Part shown: piece after piece, positions 49,765 to 63,699 of the stretch
How the letters are laid out: each line of letters opens with the position of its first letter
Numbering within the stretch: the stretch's first letter is position 1
Assembly: GCA_002633005.1 (NCBI GenBank)
Contig: NMRA01000072.1
Location: 671,957 to 735,956 of the forward strand
Length of the DNA stretch: 64,000 nt
Direction: 5' to 3'
Origin: Phoronis australis
Taxonomy: Eukaryota > Animalia > Phoronida
Translations under genes and position numbers: made by a program
Notes under the pieces: generated by a model
Told to the model about the DNA's origin: nothing
Databases searched by the model: none
What the model saw: the letters and a program-made list of their open reading frames with translations, nothing else

Positions 49765-51332
49765 GTGAGTATCCAGCGTTCGTGTTATTGTTTTAGTATG
49801 CGGAGACAATCTCGATTTGTTTTGTTTATTCTGAAATTTTGTCTCCTGCACTGCTCCCATTGGCTGCAAGACTTCGCCAGTTTCATTGGGTCATCTTGCT
49901 AAGACAACGGGGTTAGAGTCCAGAAACGCTAGGACCTACGCTAGGATCTCGCTAAAATCTAACCAAAATCACGTGCTCTTTTAAAATACACGGCAATATC
50001 TCACCTCGTCTCGCGAAATCCTAGCGTTGCTGAACTCGACCCAGATTGGGTGGTAAGCCGGAAGTCGTCATCAAGAACCAATGGCTGCTCTTTATTAACA
50101 TCGCCGGATCAATCGGCTAAGGAGGCACTGAACAGTTCTCATAGGGATTTGCCTATCAGAACACACGTTAATGGACTCTTCACCTTTTCTTCACTCTGTC
50201 AAAAACTGCATGCAAATAAAGAAAAATTTTGAGTCATTTCACTTCACAAGCCCTACAGATGAGCACAGAAACTTTGTACTCTCTTCTATTTTTGACCCTT
50301 TCACTCCCAGTGGAAACCAAGCTGAACTAAGAAAAATAAGGGCAAAAAAATGCAAAATCGGCACTTTTCACCCTAAAATCACCACTTCCCTGCCGATGCA
50401 CGACTAAAACCAACAATAGTTTCTGAAAGCAAATTTCCTACAGATTATGAAAATGTGGTTCAAAAGTACTGTAAATTAACTAGTTTTTTTTTGCAAATCT
50501 GGCTTGTTTGAGGGCTACCTGAAATCGCGGCCAATTTCTCAGTCGCTACCCAGCAATGCACAATTGCAACCGGGGGCCGCCATCTTGAAGAAGAGTGCAG
50601 CTACAGCCGAGAAAGTGGCCTTTTTATTCTCAGCATGTTCACAAATGCAAATAAACCACATTCACTGAGCCTACATGAAATGCCCACCTACAAAATGCCC
50701 CCAAACTTGGCCTACCCCAAAATTTTAATATTTTGGATTGCAAATTGGCCGCGACCGCAGCCTAACTATTCAGTGCCACCTAAGCATCCGATTGATAAAC
50801 GTCGGAAGTCGTCCTCGTGAACCAATCAGATGACTTAGCCGGTTGATCTGGGAAATAGGCGAAGTCATTCAATTCCATATCTAGTAGTCGGTTGAGCCGA
50901 CGGAACCGAGGAAGTTGATAAGTGCAGCCATAGTGATTGATGGCGTCAGTAGTGTTTGATTGTTTTATAGTGGCATGGTGTCTGCTTTCCATCATTTAAA
51001 ACTGCTACATCCATACCTTTGATTGAGATTTCTTACTTTTTGGTGTCTGCGTTCCCTTGGCGAGACATTAGCCATGCGCTTGCGGCCAGAAATATTCACT
51101 TATAGGACGGAAAGAATTAATTCAATCCCACAACTTACGAATTTCATCCCATGATTCAACATTCCAGTCTCAGCGACACACGCGTTTCTCGCGTGATTTT
51201 GCGAAATATTGCGTGATTTCGTTTTCTCGCGAGGAAGTTGGTTTTCAGAACGACGCCCTGGTCTCTATTCAAAATTTCGTTACTCAGATTGGAAGTGATT
51301 TCTTTTTTGGGAAGTGAGAGCTGACAGTTGAA

Positions 51333-53204
51333 CTCGCTGGTTCCCTGCGTGCCGCTAGGTGGTAGCCAGCACGCAGGTATCACTTAAAGGCGAAGGCAAC
51401 CTTTTTTCATGTCACTTTTAGCAAAAATAAGGTCTTTTGATTATCCCAGACATATTTTTCACTTAATTACAGCTTTTTGTAATTTAATTAATTTCTCGTC
51501 CTCTACTCCGGAAGTGACGTTTTAGGGGGCAAGAATTTCGCGCCACTTTCTTTTCATACATTCAGACTGTGAGAGCTGTCAAGTCAGTCATTGTTCTACC
51601 TCGGATGTGATAAGTTTGGTCGTCGTTTGCTTTTGTTTACGAATCAGTCAACATGCCGCACTGTTGCTGTGTACCAGGATGTACTCATTATCGTCTCACG
51701 CGCGCTTTGGGTACCTTGCATTGCTTTCCGAAGGATGACACACTTCGCCGTACTTGGCTAGCTCGTTCGTGTAAATAACGCAGCGCTACCCCGCGTTCAC
51801 GCAACGTACAAAGCAGTGGCAAGCATTTTCAGCCGTCAGATTACGACAGAGATATGTACGCTGAATTGATGAAGGTCCCTGCGAAACAACGCCTGAAGAA
51901 GGGTTCCATACCGTCGCTGTTGATTCCCGGTAGTGCCTCGTCGCCACCCCCGAGAAGTGCGTTTTTGAAGCGAGAAGCCTCGCGAGCTGTGGCCACTTTA
52001 AACAGTGACTGGAGACACTTCATCTACTGTCACCCATGCCTCCGAACGTACCCCATAGCGTGCAATTCCAGGAACTAGCAGTGATTCCCCGTGTGCTGTT
52101 GTCTCTAGCCCAGAGCCTGTAAGCAGCCCTGCAGCGATGTTGAGTAGTGGGAGTGAATACAGGCCCAGTTTGGCACCCAGTGAAAAGGACAGTTCGTCAT
52201 CCAATGAACAGATCGGTGAGCCTAAGTTTGATAAGTTTATTGTGGACTTGTATTGGAGCTATTTAGAAGGTGCCACATGTGTGACGAGGGAGTCGCACGG
52301 CGCGATGTAAGCAGTTTGGGTGCTCAAGTCACCATCGGGAGTGTGTCGCGGGACACTCGAGCAAGTGGGACAGTTCTTCCTCTGTACGTGAGACGATAAT
52401 GAGTGCTTCTCGGTAGGCAGCAACAGCGTGGCATGTTGACTGACTCGTAAACAAAAGCAAACGACGACCGAACTTATCACAACCGAGGTAGAACAATGAC
52501 TGACTCGACTGCTCTCACAGTCAGACTGTATGAAAAGAAATTGGCGCGAAATTCTTGCCTCCCAAAACGTCACTTCCGGAGTAGACGACGAGTAATTAAT
52601 TAAATTACGAAAAGCTGTAATTTTAAGTGAAAAATATGTCTGGGATAATCAACAGACCTTATTTTTGCTAAAAGTGACATGAAAAAAGGTTGCCTTCGCC
52701 TTTAATTTTCCTCGGGAAATTTTTTAAAATTTTACACCGGCGTTTCTGATTGGTTGGTCGAATTCTCAGCAGGCAGCGCTTTACGCAAATAAACTGGCAT
52801 GACTGATGGAGGAAGTGTAAATGTGGCCTGTTGTACAGACAAATCGGTGCTTAAAATTCATGTTCAAGAAATGTGAATCCCAGATAATTGTGGTTGCATC
52901 CGCTGTCGCTGACTTTTGTTTACGTTGCTGTCCTGTATTCATACAGTATGGATAACACACTAGTTAAATCGGCCAGATGACGGCGCGTTTATTGTACATG
53001 TATGTGCTTCACATTAGGCCTACTGCCGAAACGAAATAGTTGCTGCTACGCCACTTGCATGACAAGGCTAGTCTGCCACTTTCTTATTTTGTTGTAAAGC
53101 TAACCAATGACTGCCGAGGTTACATCAACCAATGATAAAGCGCGTGATACTGCCTGCTACCTGCGTGCTGGCTACCACTTAGCGGCACGCAGGGAACCAG
53201 CGAG
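51333..53204. mobile_element. Mutator-like MITE (third copy) interrupted by a Kolobok element
   Basis: Same TIRs as 46604-47190. 9-bp TSD ACAGTTGAA / ATAGTTGAA. Confidence 0.85.
51388..52701 (+). mobile_element. Kolobok non-autonomous element with THAP-transposase 5' remnant
   Basis: TTAA|AGGCGAAGGCAACC..GGTTGCCTTCGCCT|TTAA, with TIRs of about 300 bp. From ATG 51653 it reads MPHCCCVPGC..LHCFPKD..RRTW..*..KHF..DY..RLKKGSIPSL, and later KFIV / LELFRRCHMC. Confidence 0.88.
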
Positions 53205-54374
53205 ATAGTTGAACCACTGGTCATTAATTCTTCGCAACCAATACTATGTCAGCAAAGGTCGACCTATCAGCTCTTCCCAAGTCATGGTTAATCTGTGTAA
53301 TTAAAAAGCTTAAGGCCAAGAAGTTTAAGTGGTCTCATTCGAGACCAGGTTATTTTTTGTGAGAAGTTGCAGCACACCAACTTATTTTGCTGTAAATCGG
53401 GTGTAATTGTGTGGTAATTGTATTATAGTGAGAACGAAATTCACCACACGCAACACAAAATTTGAAGTGCCCAGCCAGCCCTAGTTTTTAATAAATTGTT
53501 ATGCAATCGTACATGACTAAAAAAAACTGTTGAGTGTCGCCGAACTGCCTAATAATATGTCGTGGAAATTTCGTGAGTCCGCCAAAAATAGTTCGGCAAC
53601 GGGACAATTTATGGGAAAGGAAAGCGTGGAAGTTATCAAAATCAGAAATAGTCACTTGGAATTGCTTTCGATGCCCGATATTACAATATAATGCCATACT
53701 TTTCGTCATAAAATACCTGCATATGGATGTACTTGTGGAAATAATTAGACTGGACCTAAGTAAGATAATGCGCTAGTGTTGGCTTGCGAACGAAATGCAT
53801 ACTAAATCAGGATAATAACGTGGTAGGGGTAAGGTCACCCAATTTAACAACGGCGATATTTGATTTTAAACTAGGCTACAGTCATTGAGTTTCCTCTTGA
53901 CTAAGCCAAAAACTGGGTGGAGCTCTCATTGAAAATACACTACAATATCATAAATCTCGCAGACTTGCTTTTCTAGCGAGGTACCAGCAATATTCAACTC
54001 TACCCTAAACCGGGATCGTTGAAGTTATATAGGCGTATAATATATCCACTACTAGCTCCACAGAGGCTTGTCAGAGTCTGCTGTACTCTCAAAAATGATT
54101 TGATAATGTTTAAATCCACCAGTCTGGTGTCATCAAACTACTGAACGTCTCCCAAAAGAAATGTTGAGAAGTAAAACTCCTTGGTGTACCAACTGAAGTC
54201 ACACCGGGAGCGCCCAAAGATATAAAAGCTCGGAATCTCCAATAGGATGTATGTTGTGGGTTTGTTTCAACATACAATCCTGCAGTTTATGGTCAAATCG
54301 GCAGTCTCCACCGACAACATCAAATTAATTGACTAGTTGATTCTAACAAATACTTCTTGTTTTGTTGTCGGAAG

Positions 54375-54556
54375 CTCACCCCACACCCGAAGATTCAGTG
54401 TACAACGAATGTATAATGGCTGCTCGACAGACGAAGGGTGGGTTGTGGTAAAAGAACTGCCTGGAGGTGTTTGTAGCTACGAACTTTCGATATCGACGTT
54501 CCCCAAGTTTTGGTATAGCAACGGGACAACTTCTGTTAACTGGAATACCGTTTTAG
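54375..54556 (+). CDS. Exon 4 of PAN-domain protein
   Basis: aag|(D)SPHTRRFSVQRMYNGCSTDEGWVVVKE..CSYE..PKFWYS..VNW..|gtgag, phases 2/1. Confidence 0.88.
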
Positions 54557-55463
54557 GTGAGAACATTAAACACCTGATTACTTCATAAGGAACGTGTTGC
54601 ACAACTTGACGATAGTAATGCAGGACCGTAGGCAGCCGGGCACACGGGGAAAGCACGTACCTCCCAATTCCTTAGTTTCAGGTAATGGCAAAGAAAGACA
54701 GAAAATGGCGACTACGGAAGATGGGTGGGTGTCTTTACGAATGATGCGAAGGAAGTGACAAAAGCGGTGGCAACCGGGAGGCTACCTTTGACGAAATTAA
54801 ACATTTTTGTGCCTCTAAATTGGGGTGGGAGTTGCGGGAAGTTTTGCTGCTCCTTCATGGATCGTCTTGTGTGAGTATTCTGCCGTCGAAAGTAATGGCG
54901 TCTTGTTGAAATCTTGCCCCACCTCTCTGGTATCGTCTCCGTTGGACATTTTTTCCTCTCAGGTATCGTCTCGATTGTGTCTTTTGAGAGTATCATCGTA
55001 TTGGTTGAGCAAACTACCAAGGTATGGCGAGAGTCGACAAAAATGTCCCTGTCTTCGATAGGAATTTTCATTACTTGCTATTGTCTCGCGTAGCTATTTC
55101 CCCCGCTTTCCCAAGTGCTTACGTTGGCTTCGATTTTGATTGTGCGGTGTCATCACACTCCGCTACCCATTGTTTTCGATAAAGCCCGCGAGTGTGTCTC
55201 CACTTTTTGCCTTACTACGGGCCTGAAATGATGTTGTTCGTTTGAGTAGTTTCACAACATTTTACTAGTTACCACACGACTGTAACGAGAATAGGTACCT
55301 CAGTCAAACTGCAATTGTCCAAAATGATTCTGCAAAAATCATATATCTGAAAATTCCACTTAAAACCACGAAGCTGTTGACGAGATATGACGTTCCACAG
55401 TAGTCAAATGTCTGCCATTTTTCTGTGGTTTCTCTGTCTGATGCGTGGTTTCTTTTATTTCAG

Positions 55464-55516
55464 ATGGGTCCCATTCGTTAGAAGCGGATGTGATGGCTAT
55501 TTACATCAGAACTTAA
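55464..55516 (+). CDS. Exon 5 (terminal) of PAN-domain protein
   Basis: tttcag|(D)GSHSLEADVMAIYIRT*. The five exons total 894 nt and are in frame. Confidence 0.85.
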
Positions 55517-55799
55517 TGTATTCTCGTTGTCATGTCGTACTTCGTCAACCCTGGAACCAAATTAAACTTTGTTTATGCTCGACATTTGTCCCGAAGACAT
55601 TACGTGTTACATATTTATAGTTCATGTCTTAACACTATGTGACAATGGAATGCACTTTAATGTTTAAGTTCATTGAGCAAAGCTTATGCAGAACAAAAAT
55701 ATTTAGCGACTCATAGATAACCGGCGACTGATAGAACGTCAAAAGCTCGTGAATTTAACAACTTGTTCATAAATGTTGGCCTGTCATTAGCCAAGCAAT

Positions 55800-56760
55800 G
55801 ACCAGTCCACGCACACCCCATATTTGACTCTTTCTCATCCAATCCCACGCAAACAAAATTTCAAATAGTAAATGAAAACAATATTTTAAAGACCTTGGAC
55901 AATATTAAATCGAAATCTAGCACAGGACATGACAAAATTTCCACCAAACTCACGAAAACGATTACTCCGATTATTATATAACCACTGCCATCACCAATCA
56001 ATGTTTTGACACGGATTATTTTCCAATTGATTTGAAAATTGTCTAAGTTGTATCTTGGAAATGTCTTGGATGAGCACAATATTATCAACTACAGGCCTAT
56101 CTCTCTACTTCCTGAACCCTCAAAATTATTTGAAAAATTGCGTAGGAGCGACTTTATGAGTATCTTAATAAAATGAACATCAATATGGTTCTCATGAATT
56201 GTGATCAACTGAATTTGCAAGTCTCCAACTAACTGGCAGAATCAATGACACCTAGACCAGGGGATAAACCCATGAACCACTTTTTAGACCTTTCAAAGGC
56301 CTTTGTCACAACAGACCCCGGTATCTTGCTGGACAAACTTTTATTTTACGGTATAAGTGGAGTAGAGTATTTATTATTCAAAAATCATTTAACCAGTAGA
56401 ACGCAATGTTTTATTTGACATTTCACCCTTTCAGAAAACAAAATTCATCACAAGCGTACGCAACAATGTATTCTTAGTCCCTTCTTTTTCGTATCTACGT
56501 GAATGACCTCCTCAAATCCACTTCTCTAGAGACCCTTATGTGTGCTGACGATACCTGTCTTACATACACACCTTTGTCTTCAAAACCAACAAACAACGAA
56601 ACTGAAATCCATAATAAGCTATCAGACATATTCACATGGTTATCAATCAATAAATTCTCATTTAATGTCACCATAACTAAATACATGGGTTCAACTTCCT
56701 TCAGGTAAATTGATTGAAAATTGAAATCAAGCTTACTATAAACATTCCAACCATAACTTT
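55800..56760 (+). mobile_element. Degenerate LINE (CR1/L2-like) reverse transcriptase fragment
   Basis: Frameshifted motifs KSSTGHDKIS, NYRPISLLP, LDLSKAF, LLDKL.FYGISG, YVNDL, CADDT. Confidence 0.85.
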
Positions 56761-57152
56761 TGTTAAAACATGTAGGTCTTTGAGAATAACGTTTAACGAC
56801 TCTTGATCCTGGTTTGAACACATACGTGATCCACATGCACTTAACTGCGTGTTCATACATCGTGGTGAGATATGATCAAAATGTTTAGTATTTTAATTTT
56901 TGAGCATTAGGTTTTAAGTTATAGCATCATAAATATTTTGGCCCAAAATAACCCATTTTTTGATTCAAAGAGGTTCAGTTGGTGAAGCAGCTTTAAAACG
57001 GCTTAAAGAACGCTTAAGAACAATCTGAATGATGTCTATGTAGACATAGAAACTAGCTATCAGAAGACGGCCTTTGCATTTTCTCACGAGTTTTCGTTAA
57101 CCATTTAGGAAAGCGAGTTTTGTATAATGATGCCGACTGGCAGAGAACGGTT

Positions 57153-57868
57153 ATTAGTCTGACTGGAATCATTATGAGCTTTTTGAAAACAAGTTGAGGT
57201 TTATGCGTAAAATCAATCAAAAATAAACATGAATGCCAAGCTTTTCCGGAAGACGGCAAAAAATACAAACCCGCTCAACAAACGGAAACATTCAAGTCAC
57301 CTCGAGCGGCAGTTCAGAACTCGATTTTGTTCCCAGACGCTTATTCCGGGGTGATTATTCCTCCAATATGACATGTTCCGTCGTCTCTTGTTCTCACATA
57401 CACTCAGTCAGTAGATAAACTCTTGACTTTTTACGTCAGCTCGTCTATGATCAGCACTACACACTGCCCGCGTCTGCCATTTTTACGGCGCATAGCAACG
57501 AAACAGTTAATGAGGTAGCCTCCTCGATTTTTGTTAGAAACCGGCGATTTATTTGAAATCTCAAAACACCAACTTTTTTGCTGGTCAAATTATCATTCAA
57601 TTTAGCCGGCTAATTTGGAGCGTACCACCTGAAACAAAGCGGATCGAGCTTCCTTGATTTTTATGTTTTAATATCTAAGTTAGTTAAAACTTGACAATTT
57701 CAAATAAATTTCAATTGAAACGCTAAATGGATAATAAAAAATCAAAATTATCTTCTTATTGAAAAGCTCTACTCAGTTTTACGTTAACTACCAGTTTATG
57801 TCGTATTGCTTTACGTAACTCGCCCATTCAACTGAGATGCAATTATATTTTCCAGCCATTTGGAAATT
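57153..57868 (+). pseudogene. Relic duplicate of PAN-gene intron 1 end and start of exon 2
   Basis: Aligns with 44004-44441 and ends at ttttccag|ccatttggaaattg versus ttttccag|gcatttgggaattg. Confidence 0.65.
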
Positions 57869-60800
57869 GAATTATACAAATTAACTTTCAATCTTCCGCT
57901 GCTAAGCTTCCATAATTAAATGCACTGTGCGGTCAATAATTTTAAAAATTAAATTTCAATCTGCCACTTATCATTTAAAAGTGCTGGGTTTCCCTAATTA
58001 AATTACTTTCTTGTGTCATGGGTTCATATTGTGAAATTCTTTGTGTGTTTTAATGTTTTGGTGTCAAACTGTGACTAATGTTTTTATACATGTAGATGTC
58101 TTCATCTGCGCAGCTTTTAATACGTTCGGATATCAAGGCCACTTATTTCAAAAGACAAAGGCGCGTTCCGTAAACGCAAGGCATTAACGAGGCACTTGAG
58201 ACGAGAACGTTTCTCATGTAGTGTGGAAATTGAATCATATAATATAATCAACATTCCATTCCTGCTGGTCAATCCTTTCAGTGGTCATCGTGTAAGTGTA
58301 CCAAGGTCTTGTTAAAGGTAATCAGAACCGTCAGTCCTGTTCGTATGGTGAAGAACTATATAAGTAGGCTAGTCCCGGCACGCATTTTTATGCGTCGAGC
58401 ACTTTCTCAAGCACCAGCGAATTGCTAGTTTCTCAAGCCCAGAAAGGAATTCTTATCTGATTCTGAAACAAGTTGAGACCACCTTTATACAAATGTAGCT
58501 GTAATTAGTATAATTAAAAAAATGCTTCTTTGCTGGATAGCGAAACTGTCTAGAAAAATGTGTATCCACTTCTTACTGTCGCCATATGAAATTTTTGGAC
58601 TTATTGTTGAGTGGAATAGATTTTTTGAAATATACTAGCTTTAACCAGAGCTATAAAGCAATAAAATCCGTTGTATGTTTATGATTTTATTGCAAACCGT
58701 CAGCTCCCACCTTTGTCTGCCAGACGCGAGCGAATAGTTCGGATGCGACGCGCGCGAGCTTCATGTGCGAATTTGCGCTGGGGCTGATTTTGGGAAAGCG
58801 TTTTCTCGTCAATAATGCCACTTTAATTCTAGAAAAATTATGATATGTAAATATTAAATTGTGTGTGACTCACAAATCGACGCAAATCTTACCCGAATGT
58901 TTATCATCAATTGGATTTTTATTGCATTTGAGAAGCTTTATACAGTTACAATGCACACGTTTAAACGGCTATGCGATTCTATTGTCCTCATCCTGCGTGT
59001 CATACCATGAGTTCATCCAGGAGGGTGGGGCTCGAACGAGCCCCCCATTGGCGAAGTGGGCAAAAGGTCGGCCTCAAAGAAACAAAAACTCCGAAAAAAG
59101 TAGAAAACGAGACAAAGTCCACTACAAATGCAGGAACTGCCAAAATTCGGCAAATGCACAGTTCATAACTGTGAACGTACCCCGTGAATCATAGTAAAAG
59201 GTCTACATTCTCCTAAATTCGAGCCCACCCATTCTTAGGCTGGGTGCGCACATTTTAGAGACTATTTTTCCGAAATAAGCGATGAAGAAATTGACTACAT
59301 GATGTTTGAAGAAAGGCATCAAAGTTTTAGATACTTTAATCACTAAAACTTTGTTTTGCTGGATGTTTAAACATGTATTTGGTTTTAAAAATACCTTCTT
59401 GTGGCAACATCTGATGTCTAGCGTGAAGTTTGCAATTTGCACTATATATTACAATTACGGCCCAAACAAATTGTTCATTTTATGACGTGTCCATAGTCAC
59501 CGCATTCATTAGGCTTTTCTTTTAAAGCTGCATTTCGCCTCGTTTAGCTAAAATCGAAAATCCAATTATAGTCCAGGCTCTTAACCCGAAGACGTTTAGA
59601 CCTCGGATTAAAGCATCAAATTTAGCACACTGGTACTTTTTGACACGCTGAATCTCATGGGGGTCGGTTGCCCAAATTTTGATGTCAAGGTCAGATAAAT
59701 AAAAACAAAATGGCCGCCAATTAAGTAACACAATCTATGGTTGCTTGAGAGCTGATAACACATTTTAAGGCTAGGTCATGGTAGTTTATTAACATATAGA
59801 AATCTATCAAAATGACATTGTAACATGTTTTCCTCATAATGTTAAGACACCTCATTTGCATAAATCCAATATGGCCGCTAAAATTTAACTAACCAACTGC
59901 ATTTTTAACAACAGCATCTATTTTGATCTGGTGCAAAACTAATAGTGCAAAAACAAATAAGTTTTCTTACCAAAAATGAAGTAGATTTAACACTTAATAT
60001 GAACAATTATTATGAAAATTCGGTTGGTTGATGTTATGATAAAGAGGTCAATATATGTATTATACATAATAGAACATGACAGACTGCCAAGAACTCAGAG
60101 GTTAGCTTTGATAACTAATTCCGTTGCTAGTATACTTCTTCTAGCTACATATTCACAATGTTGTAAACCAATTGCCAACTGTTTATAATATCAACACAAC
60201 AAAATGGATTAATGTCTGGTGGCTCCGTGGTCAGCGGACCTTACGGGTCCTTCACGGAGTCTCCATAAGCGTAAATATGTATCAAGTGTATTTTTTTCTT
60301 AACGTGAATAAAGTGTATTACTACTACCAGTACTACTACTATAATGCAGCACACACAATTCAAATAAGACTATCGTCCGTTCCTTTGGTCCTTAACAAAC
60401 CATGTTACTTACATGTTCCCTGGCATTCGCAAAGGAATTGCTTTTGCATTGACATCTCTTGTCATGGGCGGCGCACCATAGGGGGCTGAGGTGGCTATAG
60501 CCCCGACTTTTTTCAGTGCTGCGTCGCCCATGCTTGTCGCATAGTGATACGATCTTGCAACCACAATGAATGAGCTGTTGAGAGGCTTTGGTTGACTTCA
60601 GGCATGTCTGTCCAGTAAGGTGCCCATTGTTGGTCCGTGTCTCTCTACCATCAGCTCATACCACATCAACCACCTACCCAGTCTTCTCTGATAAATCAAG
60701 CTGGCTTAAAAGCCTGATGCGCATCTAAGGGAAACCATGTCCAGAGGGTTGAAACTGCAGAGAACCAGGAACATGCTCATAACATGACTTGTTATGGACC

Positions 60801-61938
60801 AAAGAACCCAAAAAAGAGACATTATCCCGGTCAAGGAGAGGCCACGGTTACGAGATGGTGGCCAAGTATGAGGAATTGTCACCATCTGGTTGTCCTGGTG
60901 ACGACAACAGATAAAACAATACAAAGCTATGCATACCCGTATAAATTGCCCGAGTGCCAGTCAAGAGCCATGAACAAACATCTGATCCCTGACGAAGTTG
61001 AGTTGACAGGCGACGATAATGACGTGATGACCAAGAGTAACGACTCACTTCCACCTGGTTGCTTTGGTGATGCCAAAAAGGGATATTACAAAACAGAACT
61101 ACATATTTGCGTAATAACCGTTTTTTGACTTTTCACTATTTGTTTATTCATTGGGTCACATAACCACGTATTTTAATTTAACACAAAGGAAAAGCACACT
61201 GATAGCAAAACAACGGTAACGTATGGTTTGATATAATGTTCAAGGTGATAACAACGTTGTTACAGTTTTCTATTTCGTTTTTGTTTTATGCCACTTCTAT
61301 TTTTCATGAAAATCATAAACCCCCTGTTCTTTGATTTCCCGTCATGCAAATGTGAAATACTTTAAAAATAATTCCTGTAGAACAGTGCATAAGGTGGCAT
61401 AGTACCTGAAAGTTTCATGTACAAGTAAATCCAACCAGACATTTCTGAGATGTCAGTCCGAATTAAGCCAAATTTCCTGGACATTTTTCTATTCCTACAT
61501 AACCAATTAAAGTTAGCTATGAGACAACAAAATCCTTTTTTGCGAGAAAGCGCTAAGATTCCCTACACAGCCGGGTTTCCGTGCAGACATTCACTACTCG
61601 GACCACATCCGACCACCCGCTGAAATCGAGGCCACTACATGCTTCTGCACAAAATACCCTAAAGTGCAGGACTCGGCTATTTGCATTATTGGCTTGTAGC
61701 TCTACAAAGGAAGGTATGGGAATGCAACCAGAGCCCAGCGTACCGCGGGTGACTAGCTTATGTCTCCGGACAGCTCAACTTGTTCGACAAACTTTGCCGC
61801 CGCCGATGATGTCACTGCAGAGCAGTCACTCGGTCACGCCAGCGGCGCAGGAGTTGAACATCACTCAGTGTTGAATTTCATTAACAGCAGAGATCCTCAA
61901 TAGAACTGAGACCCCTTTCTTTATAGAACTCTGGTTAA

Positions 61939-62500
61939 AGAAGGTAACAACAAGTAAAACGGAATTATTTTCGGCCTTAGAACAAAATATTTCACAACGG
62001 ACACAAAATTATAGCAACCCGCCATGACCCTACATTTATCTCATTGGCAATAACCACGAAAAAGTTACCATATAATGGAAATAGTTTGTCTCGTACTCCT
62101 AATATCACAAAATGCCTGTATCCAAAATTTTTCAAAGGCATATGCACCTAGCGGATATTTTACTGATTTCAGGTGGCGGCGGCCGGCCGGGGATGCCGGG
62201 TAGGCCTACCGGAGCTGCAGATTTTATAGGGGGCGCTTTTTACAAAACAACTCTCGTCGCAGTCATTTCGTTTTCATCAACATGGCTGATAGCGGCAAGG
62301 ACGAAAGTGTCGTTGCTGTATATGAAAACGATGAAGCTATGGATAGCTATGAAAATATCGATAATCCAGACTCAGACTCTTCATCTGAAGGTCTGAGTGA
62401 TAATGAAGCAAGCAACCTAAAGATAGACGAACTTAGTGCTAAGGTAACCATTGTTCATGCGTACGAACCAGTGCTGACTGCACTGACAAATGAGTGACAT
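61939..62500 (+). mobile_element. Probable Kolobok end with KolX-like N-terminal remnant
   Basis: TTAA|AG start and acidic ORF 62282-62497 ending ..HAYEP... I did not identify the partner end. Confidence 0.4.
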
Positions 62501-62756
62501 AATTAGCATTAGCAGTCATTTGTCGGGTTGGAAATCCGTACATTAAAAGTGTAGAATTAAGGCATATATATTATATTCGAATTGTACATCTAATATTGTA
62601 CTGCACAGTTGCACATGTTGAAACTGCAAACATGTCAGAAAATACGTCAAATAATACACACAGGCCTTTATCCATGATTTCGAAAATAGGGTGTCCAAAA
62701 TCAAAATGGGTTACCAATATGCCAGGGCGTCCTTGATTCCGACGCGTAAACCCGCA

Positions 62757-63528
62757 GGTAATTATTTACAATATGACGACATTGACTTACACATATGATT
62801 TCGGTATTGTTCAATTCCTTGCAACGTTATCGTTCTAAAAATACCACGATTTTTTTCCTACCCCGCTCCCTTAGTACTTTATCGCGAAATTTCTGCTCGC
62901 ACTATTTCCCGGTACTCGGTTGTAACACCGCCATGTTGGAATGGAAGGAGTCATCTGGCGGTCAAAAACTGAACTAATCTACCGACTTCTGCAGATTGTC
63001 GCTTTTCATAGGTTCAAATTGACCGTGACCCGTCTATCCCCTGCCTGCATTACGGTCCCAAGGGTTCGAATTCGATCCTATGGTGACCCTGGTACACATC
63101 TGCTAGCAAGAATCCACGAAAAAGCGGAGGTTGTTTTTGAGGTCCAACTTGGTGAAAAGGGTTTCACTTCAAACAATTTTCGAGGAAAAATGGTCAATTG
63201 TAAAAAATTTGGAAAAGGTAAAATGCTGCTACATGTTTCTCCATATTATGTCGGGGAAAACTTTAGCGGGAATCTCGTGCGGGCAAACACCATTCAGAAT
63301 CGAGGATGCTGTTTCATTCATTAACAAGAGGTGTCGCTGTAATCTTGAGTTGAGCTAACATGGCGGTGTCAATCGGGAAATAGTGCGAACCGAAATTCGA
63401 CGATAAAATATGGAGGAAACACGGTAGGGGATACATTCATATATTTTTGGAAAGATAATGTTGCAAGGAATCGAACAATACCAAAATCATGTGTGTAGGT
63501 CAATGTTGTCATATTGTAAACAATTACC
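62757..63528. mobile_element. MITE with ~180-bp TIRs (Mutator/foldback-like)
   Basis: GGTAATTATTTACAATATGACGACATTGAC.. / ..GTCAATGTTGTCATATTGTAAACAATTACC. The arms extend to CCGCCATGTT / AACATGGCGG. Confidence 0.75.
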
Positions 63529-63699
63529 AATCAGCCAAGTAGCTTACCAAAGAAATATTAGAGATATTGGTTAAACGATGTGTGCACTATGTTTTTGGTG
63601 ATCTCAAGTCAAATTGATATCATTTTAGTTTGCTTTAATATTGTGTAAAATGAGTCATCAGAGCTGCAGTTACAAAACAAGAAAAATACACATATGAAT

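Noticed and set aside
60540-61128. Coding-like segment (114-aa ORF)
   Set aside because: Multiple stops and no recognisable motif. It may be a decayed TE but cannot be supported.
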